Shown: positions 60,902-64,000 of the stretch, piece after piece
How positions within the stretch are numbered: the first letter of the stretch is position 1
How the letters are laid out: each line of letters begins with the position of its first letter
NCBI GenBank assembly: GCA_047601445.1
Contig: JASGJH010000001.1
Coordinates: forward strand, 4,704,001-4,768,000
Reading direction: 5' to 3'
From: Myxococcales bacterium
GTDB lineage: Bacteria; Myxococcota_A; Polyangia; Polyangiales; DASUME01
Length of the DNA stretch: 64,000 nucleotides
Position numbers and translations under genes: made by a program
The notes under the pieces: generated by a model
Told to the model about the DNA's origin: nothing
Seen by the model: the letters and a program-made list of their open reading frames with translations, nothing else
Databases searched by the model: none

Positions 60902-62167
60902 TCACTGCGTGGGCTCGTCGTCACGCTCGAGGTCTTGCAGGCGACGCTCGAGAAAACGCCGCTCGGCGAGGTTGGTCACCAGGGGCAGCGCTTCGCGATA
61001 GGCCTGGGCCGCTTCCCGGCGGCGCCCGAGTCGGACAAGCAAGGCCGCGCGCGCGGCGGGCAGATGGTGGTAGCTCTCGAGCGTGCCCGCGCGAGAGAGC
61101 GCCGCGAGCATCGAGAGTCCGGCTTCGGGTCCATCGCGCATGGCCACCGCCACGGCGTGATTGAGCGCGATCACGGGCGAGTCCTCGCGCGCGCGCAGAC
61201 GCGCATAGAGCGCGGCGATTTGGCCCCAGTCGGTGTCCTCGGGCGTGCGCGCGCGGGCATGGATGGCGGCCACGGCCGCCTGCAGCGTGTAGCTCTGGTG
61301 GGCTCCCTCCTGGAGCGCACGGTCCAGCTGCGCCAGACCTTCGCGGATCTGCTCCTGGTTCCACAACCGACGATCCTGCTCCTCCAGGAGCACCAGGTCG
61401 CCGGCCGGATTCACGCGCGCCAGCCGCCGCGAGTCCTGCAGCAGCAGCAAGGCCAAGAGCGCGCGTAGCTCGGGTTGTCGCGGCAACAGCTCGCAGGCGA
61501 GGTGCCCGAGCCGAATCGCTTCGGCCGCCAGATCCGCGCGCAGCAAGGTGGGACCGAAGCTGGCCGAGTAGCCCTCGTTGAAGATCAAGTACACCACCGA
61601 CATCACGGGCCCCAAGCGCTCGGGGAGCTCCTCCTCGGGTGGCACGCGGTACGGAATCGCGGCCACTCGGATCTTCTGCTTTGCCCGCACCAGGCGCTGC
61701 GCCATGGTGGCCACGGGCACCAGGAAGGCGCGCGCGATCTCCTCGGTGCTCAGTCCGCCGAGCGTTCGCAACGTGAGTGCGACCTGCGCCTCCAGCGCGA
61801 GCGCCGGGTGACAGCACGTGAAGATCAAGCGCAGCCGGTCGTCTTCCAGGGCCGTCGGCTCGGCCCACTCATCGGCCGCGACGTCGTCCGGCCGATCTCC
61901 CTCCAGCACGAAGGCGAGTTCCTCACGGCGACGCTCCTTCATGACCTGGTGGCGAATCTGGTCCACGCCCTTGTTGCGGGCGGTGCGGATCAACCAGGCT
62001 CGCGGCTGCTCCGGGATCCCCGCTTCCTCCCACTGCGCGAGCGCCTGCTCGAACGCGAGCGCCAGCGCATCCTCGGCCACGTCGATATCGCCGAGCAGGC
62101 GGATCAACGTGGCGAGGATGCGGCCGCGCTCGGCCTGGAAGATCTCTGCGATGCGTTCCCGATGCAT
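60902..62167 (-). CDS. ECF sigma factor with TPR-like C-terminal extension (ECF42-type)
   Basis: AEDAL, DDRLRLIFTCCHPAL, EIARAFL, YLIFNEGY, DWGQI; lies after a DGPF gene. Confidence 0.92.
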   Translation of the reverse strand: MHRERIAEIFQAERGRILATLIRLLGDIDVAEDALALAFEQALAQWEEAGIPEQPRAWLIRTARNKGVDQIRHQVMKERRREELAFVLEGDRPDDVAADEWAEPTALEDDRLRLIFTCCHPALALEAQVALTLRTLGGLSTEEIARAFLVPVATMAQRLVRAKQKIRVAAIPYRVPPEEELPERLGPVMSVVYLIFNEGYSASFGPTLLRADLAAEAIRLGHLACELLPRQPELRALLALLLLQDSRRLARVNPAGDLVLLEEQDRRLWNQEQIREGLAQLDRALQEGAHQSYTLQAAVAAIHARARTPEDTDWGQIAALYARLRAREDSPVIALNHAVAVAMRDGPEAGLSMLAALSRAGTLESYHHLPAARAALLVRLGRRREAAQAYREALPLVTNLAERRFLERRLQDLERDDEPTQ

Positions 62168-62212
62168 GACGACCTACCGAGTGAGCGCCGCGAAGGTGGA
62201 CGCGAGGCGGAG

Positions 62213-62563
62213 TCAGCGATTGAACACCATGATCGGGCGCACCTCGATGCTCCCCATGCGGGCCGAGGGGATGCGCGCTGCGATGCGGATCGCCTCGTCG
62301 AGATTCTCGGCATCGATGAGGTAGTAGCCGCCGAGCTGCTCCTTGGTCTCCGCGAACGGGCCGTCCGTGGTCAAAGTCTTGCCCTCGCGCACGCGCACGG
62401 TGGTAGCCGTGGAGGTGGGCTGCAGCGCGTTGCCGCCGCGCATGTGCCCGCTCTTGGCGATGCTGTCCGTGAACTCCTTGTACTCGGTCATCATCTCGGC
62501 CTGGCCGGAGACCTTGGGGGACAGGTTCTTTTCGTTATCGTAGATGAGCAACAGGTATTGCAT
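62213..62563 (-). CDS. YciI/DGPF family protein
   Basis: MQYLLLIY...TDGPFAETKEQLGGYY...IEVRP. Confidence 0.93.
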   Translation of the reverse strand: MQYLLLIYDNEKNLSPKVSGQAEMMTEYKEFTDSIAKSGHMRGGNALQPTSTATTVRVREGKTLTTDGPFAETKEQLGGYYLIDAENLDEAIRIAARIPSARMGSIEVRPIMVFNR

Positions 62564-62604
62564 GACGGTTCCTTGGGTAGTCGGACCAGCCGGTCCTACC
62601 TTAG

Positions 62605-62631
62605 GTCGAGCGACCCCCGGCCCGATCGACA
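62605..62631 (-). promoter_or_regulatory. Putative ECF42-type autoregulatory promoter
   Basis: Minus strand TGTCGA-N17-CGAC, about 40 nt upstream of the DGPF gene. Confidence 0.6.
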
Positions 62632-62905
62632 AGCTCCTCGAGTTTTTTCTCTGGGTCGAGCCGATTTGCGGAAAGGCCAACGATTCCTGGAATATCGCGT
62701 CTCCTACCGAGCGCGTGATGGGGGCCACGCCGCGGACTGAACCAGCGACCAGTGCAGGAACTCGTTGGCCCGGGGTCTGACGCTCGAAGGGTGATTCGTC
62801 GGGTCTTCGCGAGATCGCGAGCCAGATTTCCCGGGTAGCCGTCGTAACAGGGCTGGGGGTCCTCGCTCCAGGAGGGCCTTCTGCGCCTTGGGAGGACGAG
62901 GGCCT

Positions 62906-64000
62906 GTGCCGATCCCACATACGCTCTTCGGCGGGAAGTACCGGACCGTGCGCCCGCTCGGCGAAGGCGGCATGGGCACCGTCTTCGAAGTCGAGAACGT
63001 GCTGACCCAGAAGCGCGCGGCCATCAAGTGGCTCCACCCTCGCTTCCAGTCCGGCCCCGACTCCGTGCGACGCATGCTGCGCGAGGCCCGCGCCATGGCG
63101 CGCATTCGGCACCAGAACGTGGTCGACGTCTACGACGTGCTGCTCGAGGACAACGACATCTGCCTGGTGATGGAGCTCTTGCAAGGAGAGCTGCTGTCGG
63201 AGCGCCTGGCCCGGGCCTCCGTCTCGATGGCCAACCTGCTCGCGCTGCTCTTGCCCGCCATGCGTGGGGTCGCGGCGGCCCATGCCGTGGGCGTGGTGCA
63301 TCGGGACATCAAGCCCGAGAACATCTTTTTGGTACGTGAAAACGACCAGTCTCAACCGACTCCCAAGGTGATCGACTTCGGAATCTCCAAGGTGTTCAAC
63401 GGCGAAGAGGACCCCTCGACCTGCTCGGGCGTCACCATGGGTACCCCGCGCTATGTGTCCTACGAGCAGCTGCGCGGCCTGCGCGACGTCGACGGACGCA
63501 CCGATACCTACGCGTTCGGCGTCATCTTGTTCGAGGCGCTCACGGGACGTGCTCCCTATCAGGCCGATACCCTCGGGCAACAGGCCATCCAGTTCGTCAC
63601 GTCGGTGCCCCCCACCGTCCGCTCCTTGCGCCCCGAGGTGCCGGAGGCCCTGGCCAGCAGCGTGGAGCGCGCCATCTCGCGGGATCGAGATCAGCGCTCC
63701 GACAGCCTGGGGCAGCTGGTGGAAGAGCTCACGCCGTTCATGGACACGGCCTCCTACCCGCAGGCATTGAACGCGTTCCCACCGGTTCCCGTGCCACAGC
63801 CGGTAGGCGGACACCCGTTGGCCATGGCCTGGGAGACCACCTCCGAAGCCAGCGGCCTTCGCTTTCCTCGCACCCACCCTGCCCCCAGCGTGCGCAGCCC
63901 GGGAAACCGCCGGCTGGGCATCGTGGCCTCGGTGTTGCTGGTGGCCGGCCTGGCGGCGACGCTGCTCATGGGGCGCGCGCGAACCCACGCCGATCGAGCC
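62906..64000 (+). CDS. Hanks-type Ser/Thr protein kinase (runs off the window end)
   Basis: Translated manually, absent from the ORF track: GGAGG RBS, GTG start, GKYRTVRPLGEGGMG, AAIK, HRDIKPEN, DFG, GTPRY; TM helix near the window end. Confidence 0.92.
   Translation, partial: MPIPHTLFGGKYRTVRPLGEGGMGTVFEVENVLTQKRAAIKWLHPRFQSGPDSVRRMLREARAMARIRHQNVVDVYDVLLEDNDICLVMELLQGELLSERLARASVSMANLLALLLPAMRGVAAAHAVGVVHRDIKPENIFLVRENDQSQPTPKVIDFGISKVFNGEEDPSTCSGVTMGTPRYVSYEQLRGLRDVDGRTDTYAFGVILFEALTGRAPYQADTLGQQAIQFVTSVPPTVRSLRPEVPEALASSVERAISRDRDQRSDSLGQLVEELTPFMDTASYPQALNAFPPVPVPQPVGGHPLAMAWETTSEASGLRFPRTHPAPSVRSPGNRRLGIVASVLLVAGLAATLLMGRARTHADRA

Noticed and set aside
62564..63988. 591-aa fusion ORF ending in the DGPF domain
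   Set aside because: The upstream part is the antisense shadow of the plus-strand kinase.

Overview
High-GC bacterial DNA, most likely Myxococcota (Polyangia-like). This is inferred from Hanks-type kinases, many Cys-rich and Gly-Asp-linker lipoproteins, a fibro-slime protein and MYXO-CTERM-like tails. The window holds about 55 densely packed genes, and I saw no rRNA, tRNA, CRISPR array, integrase or transposase. Recognisable genes are serA, map, tgt, queE, hrpB, ettA, ndh, pit with a DUF47 partner, an M1 aminopeptidase, an acyl-CoA ligase and an ECF42-type sigma/DGPF pair. The main leads are: (1) a Tgt with altered anticodon-contact residues, 1 nt upstream of an MnmC-type methyltransferase, suggesting a possible new tRNA 7-deazaguanine modification route; (2) a bacterial GTPase resembling vertebrate IRG/p47 GTPases along its length; (3) two lipoproteins fusing a c-type heme domain to a complete PHM/DBH-like copper monooxygenase; (4) a dispersed, highly palindromic non-coding element in three copies; (5) an atypical di-heme lipoprotein. 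All calls come from manual motif reading and recalled family consensus; no database searches were run. Start codons were chosen by eye where the ORF track was over-extended.
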